A DNA stretch of 64,000 bases from Macrostomum lignano. Lineage: Eukaryota. Within the stretch, counting starts at the first letter, position 1. Each line of letters begins with the position of its first letter. Under the pieces are notes generated by a model, which was given only the letters and a program-made list of their open reading frames with translations, did not search any database and was not told the DNA's origin. Positions 54,095 through 64,000 of this stretch are shown piece by piece. The stretch is from the NCBI GenBank assembly GCA_002269645.1, contig NIVC01000332.1:35218-99217 (forward strand), in the 5' to 3' direction. The position numbers were made by a program, and so were the translations under genes.

Positions 54095-57000
54095 GTGAGT
54101 CAGGGCTTTAGTCAGGATTTTTATTAGGGTACGGCGTCTTTCATGTACACCATCGTGGGGGCGCCAGCACACAAGCGGCGCCAGCACCAAAGCGGCGCCA
54201 GAACCAATACGGCGCTAACACTAAAGCGGCGGCAGCACGAATACGGCGCTAACACTAAAGCGGCGGCAGCACGAATACGGCGCTAACACTAAAGCAGCGC
54301 CAGCACCAATACGGCGTCAGCACCAAAGCGGCGCCAGCACCAAAGCGGCGCCAGCACGAATACGGCGCTAACACTAAAGCAGCGCCAGCACCAATACGGC
54401 GCCAGCACCAAAGCGGCGCCAGCACCAAAGCGGCGCCAGCACGAATACGGCGCTAACACTAAAGCGGCGCCAGCACGAATATGGCGCTAACACTAAAGCG
54501 GCGCTAGCACCAATACGGCGCCAGCACCGGATTGGCGCCAGCGCCAAAGTAGTTGTTGCACAACTGATGAAACCGCGCGCTAAAATTTTCGAATTTTTTG
54601 CTCCCTAGATCTCCTTTGGACCATAGACAATGAAAAGCATGGGTTCAATAGCTTGGTTATTCCAATAAAGATTTACTTTCTGTAAGAACTGTAAACTGTA
54701 AGAAATTAATTACTTGATTCGACTTTCCACTGGAAAAATGTAATGTAATGTAATGTAATGTAAAGTACGAGCTAAAATGAAATGCAATTTCTTTCCACAG
54801 ACGCCTGGCCAAGCATCAAAGCGTTGGAATGGGCGTTCGATCTGTTAAATAAGGATTCTGGAACGGAAGCCGGCTTGGCAATAAATGACAGCTACATTCC
54901 CGGAGTGAAGTTCGGTGAGTAATTGTGGCTTCACGGCGTCTCAAAGTGCATGAGCTTTGAGTAGCAGGGTTGAGTCAGTGGTCTGTAAAAGTGCATGAGC
55001 TTTGAGTAGCAAGGTTGAGTCAGCGGATTGAGAAACATTAAAAATGGGCTTTTGAGAATAATTTCTCAAATGAACACCTGCATCCGCAGTGCTGAGCGTT
55101 CACGACACCTGCGGCAGGCGCCAGGTGACGGACTCACTGCTGGACTCCATCTTCCCCGAGCTGGTGTCCACCGCAGCCTCCTGCTCAGCCAACCAGACCC
55201 TGGTGCCCGGCGTCATCGGCCCAGCTACCACCGACTCGGCCGTGTCGCTCGCGCCGCTGCTCAACGACTTCGGCATCCCGTTGGTCTCCTACTCGGCCAG
55301 CGGGCCCGGCCTGAGCGACCGCTCGGCCTATCCGAACTTCTTCCGAACCATCCCGAGCGACACCGCCCAGTTTGATGTGAGTTCACGGTGCGATGCTTGA
55401 ACTTCATCAATATTCTAAAATTCAACAGGATGCATCGGGTGCCAGTAGTTTATAGGCTGGAATTATTGTTGTAATAATAATACGAGCGTAATTGATTACA
55501 CCTGCCCTATTGGGCACATGTGCAACCGACAGCTCAGCCACAGCTATTGCGCGGCGCATCTGAAGGCTGCGTACGGCTGTTCAGTCCAAGGACTGGGGGG
55601 TCGCCACACACACCCTCAATTACCCCAGCTAATGCTGGCACCCATTTTACAGCTGGGTGGACTGAAGCAATGCAGAGTTAGTTGTCTTTCTCAAGGACAC
55701 AAATTGTTCCAGTTGGATCGGGAATCGAACCCACGACCTTCAAGTCGTGAGTCTGACGCTCTAACCACTAGGCTACGACCCCCTAACTAGGCCACAACCC
55801 CCTTACTAGGCTACAACCCCCTTTGTCACAACTATTACTGCCATGCGAAGACCACTGCCAACACTTTTGCAGGCAATCGGGGCTGTGCTCAAGCAGTACA
55901 ACTGGACTCACATCGGCATCCTGTACACCACGGACGCGTACGGCACCGCCGGTCAGTCTGCCCTGGTCAGCCTCAGCGCCTCCCTGGGCATCTGCGTAGC
56001 CCAGGCGTCAGCCATCAGCGTTGCGCCAAGCGCAGCGGAAATCTCGTCCGCTCTGGGCCGCCTGCGCGACTCCGGCGTTCGAGCCGTGGTGGCCGTCGTT
56101 TCATTGGCCGACTTCGCGCCACTGTTCAACGACCCGGCGTCCAGCGCCTTCCAGTGGATCATGTCCGACTCGTTCGGCAATCCGGCCGCCCTGCTCAGCG
56201 TCAGGAACGCCCGCGGCCTGACCTCCGTGAGTCTCGGCTACCGAACGAACGACGCTTTTGAGACGTTTTACCTGAACGAGCTGTCCAACGTGGCCAGTAG
56301 TGGCAACGCCGCCTTCCAGCAGTGGTTCATGCAGACCCGCAACTGCACCCTGTCCGGCGGCACCAACCTGGCCAATCCCGGAGCTCCCCCCTGTCCGGCC
56401 TTCAACATGGCCACCGCCACCGCCCAGTACCAACAGAACCGCTTGGTCGAGCCGGCCATCGATGCCGCTTTCGCCTACGCCAGGGCGCTGCGCTCACTCT
56501 GGCAGACAAAATGCGCCGGGGCTCGCGGGGTCTGCGCGGCTCTGCGCGGCGCCACCTATGCTGAGCTGAGCGCGGCGGTGGCTGCGACCGATTTTAGCTA
56601 TACGGCCGCTGAGCGGATTGCCAGGTGAGAGGCTCTATGGCTCTCTGAGGTAGCTTTAATGGTCTCGTCTCACATTGAGAGGCTCAAACGGTCTAGTCTC
56701 ACATTGAGATGCTCAAGTGGTCTAGTCTCATTGTTAGATGCTGAAATGGTCTACTGTAAGTCTCACGATGAGATGCTCAAATATTCTAGTCTCACAGTGA
56801 GATTCGCAAATGGTCTAATCTCAATGGGGAGATTCTCAAATGGTCTACATGTAGTCTCACACTGAGATGCCTAAAATGGTCTAGTCTAGTCTCACGGTGA
56901 GATGCTCAAATGGTTTAGTCTCATAGTGAGATGCTCAAACGGTCAAGTCTCACAATGAGATTCTCAAATGGTCTAGTCTCACAATGAGATTCTCAAATGG

Positions 57001-60000
57001 TCTAGTCTCAATGGAGAGATGCTCAAAGGGTCTAGTCTCACAATGAGATTCTCAAATGGTCTAGTCTCACGGTGAGATTCTCAAATGGTCTAGTCTCAAT
57101 GGGGATATGCTCAAATATTCTAGTCTCACGGTGAGATTCTCAAATGGTCTAGTCCCACACTGAGATTCTCAAATGGTCTAGTCTCACACTGAGATGCTCA
57201 AACGGTCCAGTCTTACGAAAATCGAATTCCCCCGGCAGATATTCGACGGCGAGCAGCGAGCCAGACCGGCGGGTGAAGCAGCTGCGGCTCACGGACACCG
57301 GCGAACCCTACGAGACCAACTACTTTGTGCACAACCTGCGGCAGAACGGCACAGCCTTTGCCTACGTCCGTGTGGGGGTTCGTCTGGCTGGTACCTTCTC
57401 TGAATGGCGGTCCGGCAGCGTGAATGTGTACAACTCGGCCAGGTGAGGCTCATAGCGATTCGTTGCAGGCACTGGCAGCTATATTTTATTACTTAGATTG
57501 AATATGGACTGTCTAATTGTCTATACCTGTCTGACTACCCTTATGCTTACTTTGTCTATCAATATTACCTACCTGTCTACCAGTATACCTACCTGTCTAC
57601 CAGTATACCTACCTGTCTACCAGTGTACCTACCTGTCTACCAGTATACCTACCTGTCTACCTGTAATACTTACATGCCTACCAATATACCTACCTGTCTA
57701 CCAGTGTACCTACCTGTCTACCAGTATACCTACCTGTCTACCTGTAATACTTACATGCCTACCAATATACCTACCTGTCTACCAGTTTACCTACCTGTCG
57801 ACCAATATATCTACTGTGTCTACCTACATGCCTCCCGTCGTCTACCTCTATACCCACCTGTCTACTTGTACCTGTCTATTCAACTGCTCCGTAAACGATG
57901 CAAAGGTTTTAATGCAGCTAGCTAATCGAAAAGTCACCACTACTATTAGTAACACTAAGAATTATCGACTCACCATCGCGCAGGGACGCCGTGATCCCGC
58001 TGCCCCAGTTTGCCTGCCCTGCGGCGCCCTGCTCCGGCTGCCTGGCCGCCGCGCCGGATTTCAAATTCGCCCACGTGCCCGGCCAGCTCTACCTGCTGGG
58101 CGTGTTCTCCGTGCACTCGCCCGGCTCCAGTCCGCGCAGCTGCGGCGCCGTCAGCCTCGATGGCAGCAGCGAGCTGGACGCCTTTCTGTACTCCGTGAGC
58201 CAGGCCAACTCCCTGGTGAACGCCACCGACCTCATTGGCGCCGTGGCAATCGACGACTGCGGCAGCTCCGTGCTGGGCCAGGACCTCGTCGACTCCCTGC
58301 TGAGCGGCGCCCGGAGAATCGCCGGCCTCGATCCCAGCCGCATCATCGGCGTGGTCGGCTCCGGCAGCGCCAGCAGCACCGACGGCATCGCCCAGCTGCT
58401 GGCGGCCCAGCGGCGATCGCTGATCTCCTTCAGGCCAGCCGCTCTGACCTCCAGTCCCTATCTCTACCAGACTGTGGCCTCCGCGTCCGCCGAAGCCGAG
58501 GCTCTGCTGTCCACCCTGGCGTCTCTGTCCGTCAACTACGTCCAGCTGGTCTGCTCACCGGACGCCGCCAACCAGGAGATTGCGCGCCTCTTCATTGCCG
58601 GTGCGCGCTCCCGGCGCATCTGCGTCTCGGCCACCTACGTGATCGGCGTCAACGGCACCCACGCCCAGGTGATGGCCCAGGTGAAAACGCGCACCTCGGC
58701 AGCCGTAGTTGTCGCCTTGGTGACGGCTAGCGACGCGGCCCAACTGCTGCCGCAGGTGACGGCGCCAGTCCAGCTGGTCGGCGGTGTCGCCTGGGGCTCC
58801 AGCCAATCGGCGCTGACTGCCACCAGCGTCAGCCAATCGCAGGGCGTCATCACAGTCGGTGAGCCGCGCCCGGCCTCCGCTACGCCTTACCAGACCTGGG
58901 CTGGTCGGACTCGCGAGCTGGCAAACGAGACAGCCGCGAACCCCTGGTACTCGGAGTGGTACGAGTCCCTGAACAGCTGCTCGCTGTCCGCTGCCAGCAT
59001 GCGCGGCTACACAACTCTGTGCTCTGGCGCCGCCTCGCACAGCCTGACAGCCTCGGCCAGGTACACTGAGTCCGCCTACACCTCCTCTGTGCTGCGAGCG
59101 TCGGCCAGCTACGCGCTGGCCGCTTCAACCCGCCTGAGCCGCGTCTGCACAGGCGGCAGCGGCGGCGTCTGCACCGCGTTCTGGTTCGCCTCCCCGGCCG
59201 GAAACGGCACCGGAACTGGGCTGCAGGCCGACCTGATTGCTCAGCTTGGGGACGGCAGGTTCACCGACCCATCGACTGGTTCGACTTTTACCTTTGCTGA
59301 TCGCTCCGTGCCGACCTTCGGCTTGGCTGTGTACAACGTGAAAAACGGCAGCGCCGCCTACGAGGCCGTGGGAGCCACGGTGCCCGCCTTCAGCCTCGAC
59401 ACCGGCCTGCTGCAGCTCGCTCACGGCGTCGCCACGCTTTCCTCTTCGTGCGGCGACACTTCCCGGTGCAGCGAGTGCGCGCCGTACTTCACTGGCACGC
59501 CAAACTACCTGTACCTACCGGGCGACATCCTTGTCGGTGTTCTGGTCAACGTTCGTTCTCCTGGCAGCTCCGGCGGTGCCTGCGGCCCGGTCAAAACTGG
59601 TGAAGGCTTCGGCTACACCGAGGCCGTTAGGTGGACGCTGGACTACATTAACGGCGGGAACAAGTCAGACGTGCGCTTCGGCGGTTCCGTGAAGCTGGGC
59701 GCCCTCATCTTGGATGTCTGCGGCTCCTCATCAGTGGCCATCAGCCTGGTGACGTCCATCTCTCAGGGCACCCTGCTGCTACCCGACAGGTCGACTGGTG
59801 CCAACATCGACGCGTCAAAGATCCGGAGCTGGGTCAGCTACGGCGACGCCGTGACGACAGCGCTGGCTCCGGTGCTGCGTGACCTCGGCGGCGTTCCGCT
59901 GGTCAGCCCGTCGGCCAGCTCCGACGGCCTGACGGCCCTGGGCGTCTTCCGCACCGTACCAGCCAGCCTGTCGCAGGTGTCTGCCATCATCGCCGTCATC

Positions 60001-63000
60001 AACAAGTTCAACTGGAAGTGCGTCCAGCTGGTGTACTCTAACAATGATTATGGAAACCGGCTGGCTACTGAGTTCCGAGTGCAGGCTCTGCGGGAGGGAA
60101 TCTGCGTGCCACGCTGCCTTGAGGTCGGCACAGACGGTTCGGTGGCCTCCATCCTGTCGAACATTATCCGTGAGTTATACTGCAGAGGATTTAATTTCAA
60201 ATTTTGTATAAACTGACTGATGCGTGAGAAGCAAGTTGGTGAAAATCTCAGCTTTTGGCTCAAAATCAATTTTCTATTTAAGACTTGTGAATCACGTTAA
60301 TGTGAATAAAGTGCATTAAAGTGCGCCGATTAACGAGCATAGTAATGGTTTCAAAAGGGTACCCAGCCGAGTGAGTGAAGCAGAGTTAAGCAGAGTCGGT
60401 CGCGGTTAGTTGGCAGCAGCCCTGAGCTGCAGTTGGAAGACAGAGTGAGAGTTGTCAGCGAGTTGCATGTTACAATAGCAGCGCCCCAGTACACAGACAT
60501 TTTTCTTAGTATTTCGATACTTCAAATCTCAATTTCAACCGGCTTCATTTCACAGTCGACATCTCCAAGACCCGAGTAGTGGTGGTGCTGTCGGACAAAT
60601 CGGCCGACCTCGTCCAGCTGACCGCCGACAACAACGGCCTCGTGTTCATCGCCAGCAACTACTGGGGCGAAATGACGCGCGACAGCGCCCTGAGCGGCCT
60701 GGGGCCGGGCGCCAACAACAGCTGGGTGATGCAGGTGAACTCGCCCGACGTTGCCGGAGTGACGGCCCACCTGAGCGGCCTGTCGGCTGACAGCAGCATC
60801 GACAACCCGTGGCTGGTGCCCTACTACGAGGCGCTGTTCAACTGCAGCACCACGGGCAGTTTGGCTTACAGCTCCCGCTGCAACAACAGCTGGCCAATGG
60901 CTGCCTCGCCGCAGTTCTATCCGGGATTGTTCATGATGACAACCACCAATGCGCTGTTCAGCATTGCCAAAGCCTATGCGGATATGCTGGTCGCTGGTTG
61001 CAACAGCTCCTACACCTGTGAGTCACGGAATACGGGCCGATTGTGACGACTGTTTGAGCCGGTAGCAGGTGTTTAAATGGAGAATCATTCAGTGAGGTGG
61101 GGTGTTTAAATGGAGAATCAGTCAGTGAGGTGGGGTGTTTAAATGGAAATCAGTCAGTGAGGTGGTGGTGTTTAAATGGATAATCAGTCAGGGAGGTGGT
61201 GGTGTTTATATGGAGAATCAGTCAGGGGGTGGTGGTGTTTATATGGAGAATCAGTCAGGGAGGTGGTGGTGTTTAAATGGAGAATCATTCAGTGAGGTGG
61301 TGGTGTTTAAATGGATAATCAGTCAGGGAGGTGGTGGTGTTTAAATGGAGAATCATTCAGTGAGGTGGTGGTGTTTAAATGGATAATCAGTCAGGGAGGT
61401 GGTGGTGTTTATATGGAGAATCAGTCAGTGAGGTGGGGTGTTTATATGGAGAATCAGTCAGTGAGGTGGGGTGTTTATATGGAGAATCAGTCAGTGAGGT
61501 GGGGTGTTTATATGGAGAATCAGTCAGGGAGGTGGTGGTGTTTATATGGAGAATCAGTCAGGGAGGTGGGGTGTTTAAATGGAGAATCAGTCAGGGAGGT
61601 GGGGTGTTTATATGGAGAATCAGTCAGTGAGGTGGGGTGTTTATATGGAGAATCAGTCAGGGAGGTGGGGTGTTTATATGGAGAATCAGTCAGGGAGGTG
61701 GGGTGTTTGAATTCCGAAGTTTCAAAATGATCAGCGCAAAGCAACAATTACGATGAATTGGCTACACTTGCACTCGCACTGCACCCCACCTAGCCGTCTG
61801 CCCGAACTTCTGGTTGAACCCCGGACTGAACGGACAGCTGGCAGACAGGCTGTCTGCTGTCAAATTCCTAGCTCTCGGCGGCAGCAGTTTTGAATTCCGT
61901 TCCAATCGCGATGGCAACATGGGCTGGCTGGCGCTAAACCGGGTGGGCCCGGACTACCTTCCAGTAGGCAGGTACATGTTCAGCGTGCTCAGCGATCTGC
62001 CTGCGTTCCCCAGCCGCAGCTCCGTGTACAGCTCAGTGCCAGCCGCCTGTGCCGATTGCACCAACTGTCCGAAATCGCTGGATAGGACGGAGAAGTTTCT
62101 CTATGTGCCCGGCCAGCTGCTGATTGGTGGTGAGTAATTTAGCTAGCGAAAGCATTTGTCTAAAGTCTACTCGTAATAATGAAGGTGCGAGGTGATGCAT
62201 TTTATCTAAACTGAATGGGTGTGAAATCTGTTTGAAAGAGATCTCGTGCTTCCTATCGGAAGCTAGGCTTTCATCCAATAGGGTGAAGCGAATAGAAATG
62301 TAGTGAGGTGGGCGCCCAGTGGCGTAGGAAACCCGCTGACAGCCAATGGGGTGAAGTGAATAGAAATGGAGTGAGGTGGGTGCCCAGTGGGGCAGGAAAG
62401 CTGTTGACAGCCAATGGGGGCAAAATAAATAGAAACGGAGTGAGGTGGGCGCCCAGTAGGTTAAGAAATCAATGAACAAAAAGGACTTATTTGAGAGAGG
62501 ATGAAGAAAAAATAAAGTTAGAGAGAAGATATACTTTCACTCCTCACCCGCAGGCCTCTTCGATGTGCACTATTCCGGCTCTGTGCCGTTCAGCTGCGGC
62601 AGAGTCAACGGCCAGAACGGCTTCCTTCTGACGGAGGTTTTCAAATACGCCATCGAGTCCATCCAAACCAGTCCGATATTCTCTGGAAAACTTCGCGGCG
62701 TTAAGGTTGGCGGCATCGTCATGGACACCTGCTCGTCAGCTGTGCGCACGGACAGCCTGGTGGCCAATCTGCCTCGCGGCGGGCTCATCGTGCTCCGGGA
62801 CTCCAGCTTGAAATTGCCGAAAATTGTCAAAGTCTACTCGTAATAATGAAGGTGCGAGGTGATGCATTTTATCTAAACTGAATGGGTGTGAAATCTGTTT
62901 GAAAGAGATCTCGTGCTTCCTATCGGAAGCTAGGCTTTCATCCAATAGGGTGAAGCGAATAGAAATGTAGTGAGGTGGGCGCCCAGTGGCGTAGGAAACC

Positions 63001-63546
63001 CGCTGACAGCCAATGGGGTGAAGTGAATAGAAATGGAGTGAGGTGGGTGCCCAGTGGGGCAGGAAAGCTGTTGACAGCCAATGGGGCAAAATAAATAGAA
63101 ACGGAGTGAGGTGGGCGCCCAGTAGGTTAAGAAATCAATGAACAAAAAGGACTTATTTGAGAGAGGATGAAGAAAAAAAAAGTTAGAGAGAAGATATACT
63201 TTCACTCCTCACCCGCAGGCCTCTTCGATGTGCACTATTCCGGCTCTGTGCCGTTCAGCTGCGGCAGAGTCAACGGCCAGAACGGCTTCCTTCTGACGGA
63301 GGTTTTCAAATACGCCATCGAGTCCATCCAAACCAGTCCGATATTCTCTGGAAAACTTCGCGGCGTTAAGGTTGGCGGCATCGTCATGGACACCTGCTCG
63401 TCAGCTGTGCGCACGGACAGCCTGGTGGCCAATCTGCACTCGGGCTCCATCGTGCTCAGGGACTCCAGCTTGAACCGAATTGACCGGAAAAGGTCATGGC
63501 TTACGTGGCTGCCTCCACATCCGAGATGGCAGATCAACTGTCTAGG
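53869..63546 (+). CDS. Class C GPCR (mGluR-like) related secreted/receptor protein with at least 4 tandem Venus flytrap (ANF_receptor) domains; 3' end outside window
   Basis: Signal peptide MAVSWLSVSLSLVLLAVFRPASA. Exons 53869-54094, 54801-54914, 55090-55376, 55873-56624, 57239-57442, 57984-60169, 60556-61017, 61794-62129, 63219-63546 (duplicate truncated copy at 62554). mGluR-type motifs VHDTC, VIGPAT, VSYSAS..LSD...YPNFFRTIPSD, NWTHI..LYTTDAYG. The N-terminal VFT signature recurs at 58081, 59521 and 62111. Confidence 0.85.
54160..54545. repeat. 17-bp-based minisatellite GCGGCGCCAGCACCAAA / ACGGCGCTAACACTAAA
   Basis: About 22 alternating imperfect units. Confidence 0.9.
54801..54914 (+). 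CDS. Multi-VFT gene exon 2 (absent from ORF track)
   Basis: ttccacag|AC; AWPSIKALEWAFDLLN...YIPGVKF; 114 nt, phase 1-1. Confidence 0.85.
55090..55376 (+). CDS. Multi-VFT gene exon 3
   Basis: LSVHDTC...VIGPAT...FFRTIPSDTAQFD|GTGAG; phase 1-0. Confidence 0.93.
55470..55783 (-). mobile_element. tRNA-derived SINE, family A, second copy
   Basis: Highly similar to 42262-42570 (the two ORF-track translations [11 protein letters not shown]... nearly match); in intron 3 of the VFT gene. Confidence 0.85.
55873..56624 (+). CDS. Multi-VFT gene exon 4
   Basis: AIGAVLKQYNWTHIGILYTTDAYG...FQWIMSDSF...IDAAFAYARAL; phase 0-2. Confidence 0.93.
56660..57205. repeat. ~29-30-bp minisatellite GGTCTAGTCTCACAATGAGATTCTCAAAT
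   Basis: About 18 imperfect copies filling VFT intron 4. Confidence 0.9.
57239..57442 (+). CDS. Multi-VFT gene exon 5
   Basis: ggcag|A; LRLTDTGEPYETNYFVHNL...YVRVG; AG|GTGAG; 204 nt, phase 2-2. Confidence 0.82.
57565..57810. repeat. ~20-bp minisatellite CTACCTGTCTACCAGTATAC
   Basis: About 11 imperfect copies. Confidence 0.85.
57984..60169 (+). CDS. Multi-VFT gene exon 6 (all of VFT2 and first part of VFT3)
   Basis: 2186 nt inside the 741-aa ORF; cgcag|G ... C|GTGAGT; phase 2-1. Confidence 0.92.
60556..61017 (+). CDS. Multi-VFT gene exon 7
   Basis: KTRVVVVLS...VFIASNYWG...DNPWLVPYYEALFNC; phase 1-1. Confidence 0.9.
61068..61710. repeat. 33/36-bp minisatellite GTTTATATGGAGAATCAGTCAGGGAGGTGGGGT
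   Basis: About 18 copies filling VFT intron 7. Confidence 0.93.
61794..62129 (+). CDS. Multi-VFT gene exon 8
   Basis: VCPNF...FEFRSNRDG...CADCTNC...LYVPGQLLIG|GTGAG; phase 1-1. Confidence 0.9.
62554..62843 (+). pseudogene. Truncated duplicate of multi-VFT exon 9 inside a ~665-bp tandem duplication
   Basis: Near-identical to 63219-63475, degrades after VANL, and runs into re-started intron sequence and a stop. Confidence 0.75.
63219..63546 (+). CDS. Multi-VFT gene exon 9 (start of VFT4; apparent 1-nt deletion in the A-run at 63488-63491)
   Basis: GLFDVHYSG...SCG...VMDTCSSAV; adding one A gives DRKKVMAYVAASTSEMADQLSR ending at donor GTGGGT. Confidence 0.75.
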
Positions 63547-64000
63547 GTGGGTTTTTACTTAGTTAATTACCTGTTCATCCCACGCTTGGCGGTGATAGGG
63601 GAATTGTTAAACCGACAGCCTATTGGTGTTTAGCTGATAAATGCTAAGTACCTGGAGTAGTATGAGTGTGATTTTTCGGGCTATTGCCCGAAAGTATGAG
63701 TATCGAGTTAAGCAATTTTTGGACTTTTGTTAATTGCCTCCCAGGGGGGTCGTAGATTACTTGTCCATATACTAAATTCACTAGCTACTTTATGCTTCTA
63801 GGAACTAGGGACTCCTTAACGGTGTTCATATGTACCGGTATATTAGGTAATCAAGTGAATCATTCAATTTTATTTCGAGACTCGATGCTCTCACAGGCCA
63901 GCCACAGGAATCACTCATATGAGTAGTCTCCAGGAATCGAGCATAGGTCATCCGGCTACGTTGGTACAAAAGTTTTACGACGTGGTTTCTTTACCAACTC

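Noticed and set aside
57498-59424. Alternative-frame and antisense ORFs over the VFT exons (also over Fat and CAP exons)
   Set aside because: Shadows of GC-rich coding sequence or repeat-extended frames

Overview
Eukaryotic (invertebrate animal) genomic DNA with GT-AG introns packed with micro- and minisatellites. GC-rich exons inside simple-repeat-filled introns resemble the flatworm Macrostomum lignano, but the species is an inference. Three multi-exon genes were reconstructed by hand, with reading-frame phases matching across junctions. (1) Minus strand: the 5' half (~2330 aa, 10 coding exons, 35224 to 7978) of a Fat1/2/3-type (Fat-like/kugelei) giant cadherin, which continues beyond the left edge. 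(2) Plus strand, 38451-49420: a ~994-aa, 14-exon protein with no evident signal peptide and three tandem GAPR-1/GLIPR2-type CAP domains, each split into the same three-exon cassette. Its linkers carry SLFG repeats and an RVxF motif, and there is one apparent 1-nt deletion. (3) Plus strand, from 53869 and running off the right edge: a signal-peptide protein with at least four tandem class-C-GPCR (mGluR-like) Venus flytrap domains joined by short 3-Cys linkers, with no cysteine-rich domain or 7TM in the window. This is the most unusual element. Also present: two tRNA-headed SINE families, a probable hAT-type MITE, a 95-bp array that multiplies a splice acceptor six times, a ~665-bp junction duplication, an intronic GTCACGTGAC array and a 3.6-kb (TTAG)n tract. 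Most long ORFs in the supplied track are translations of tandem repeats.
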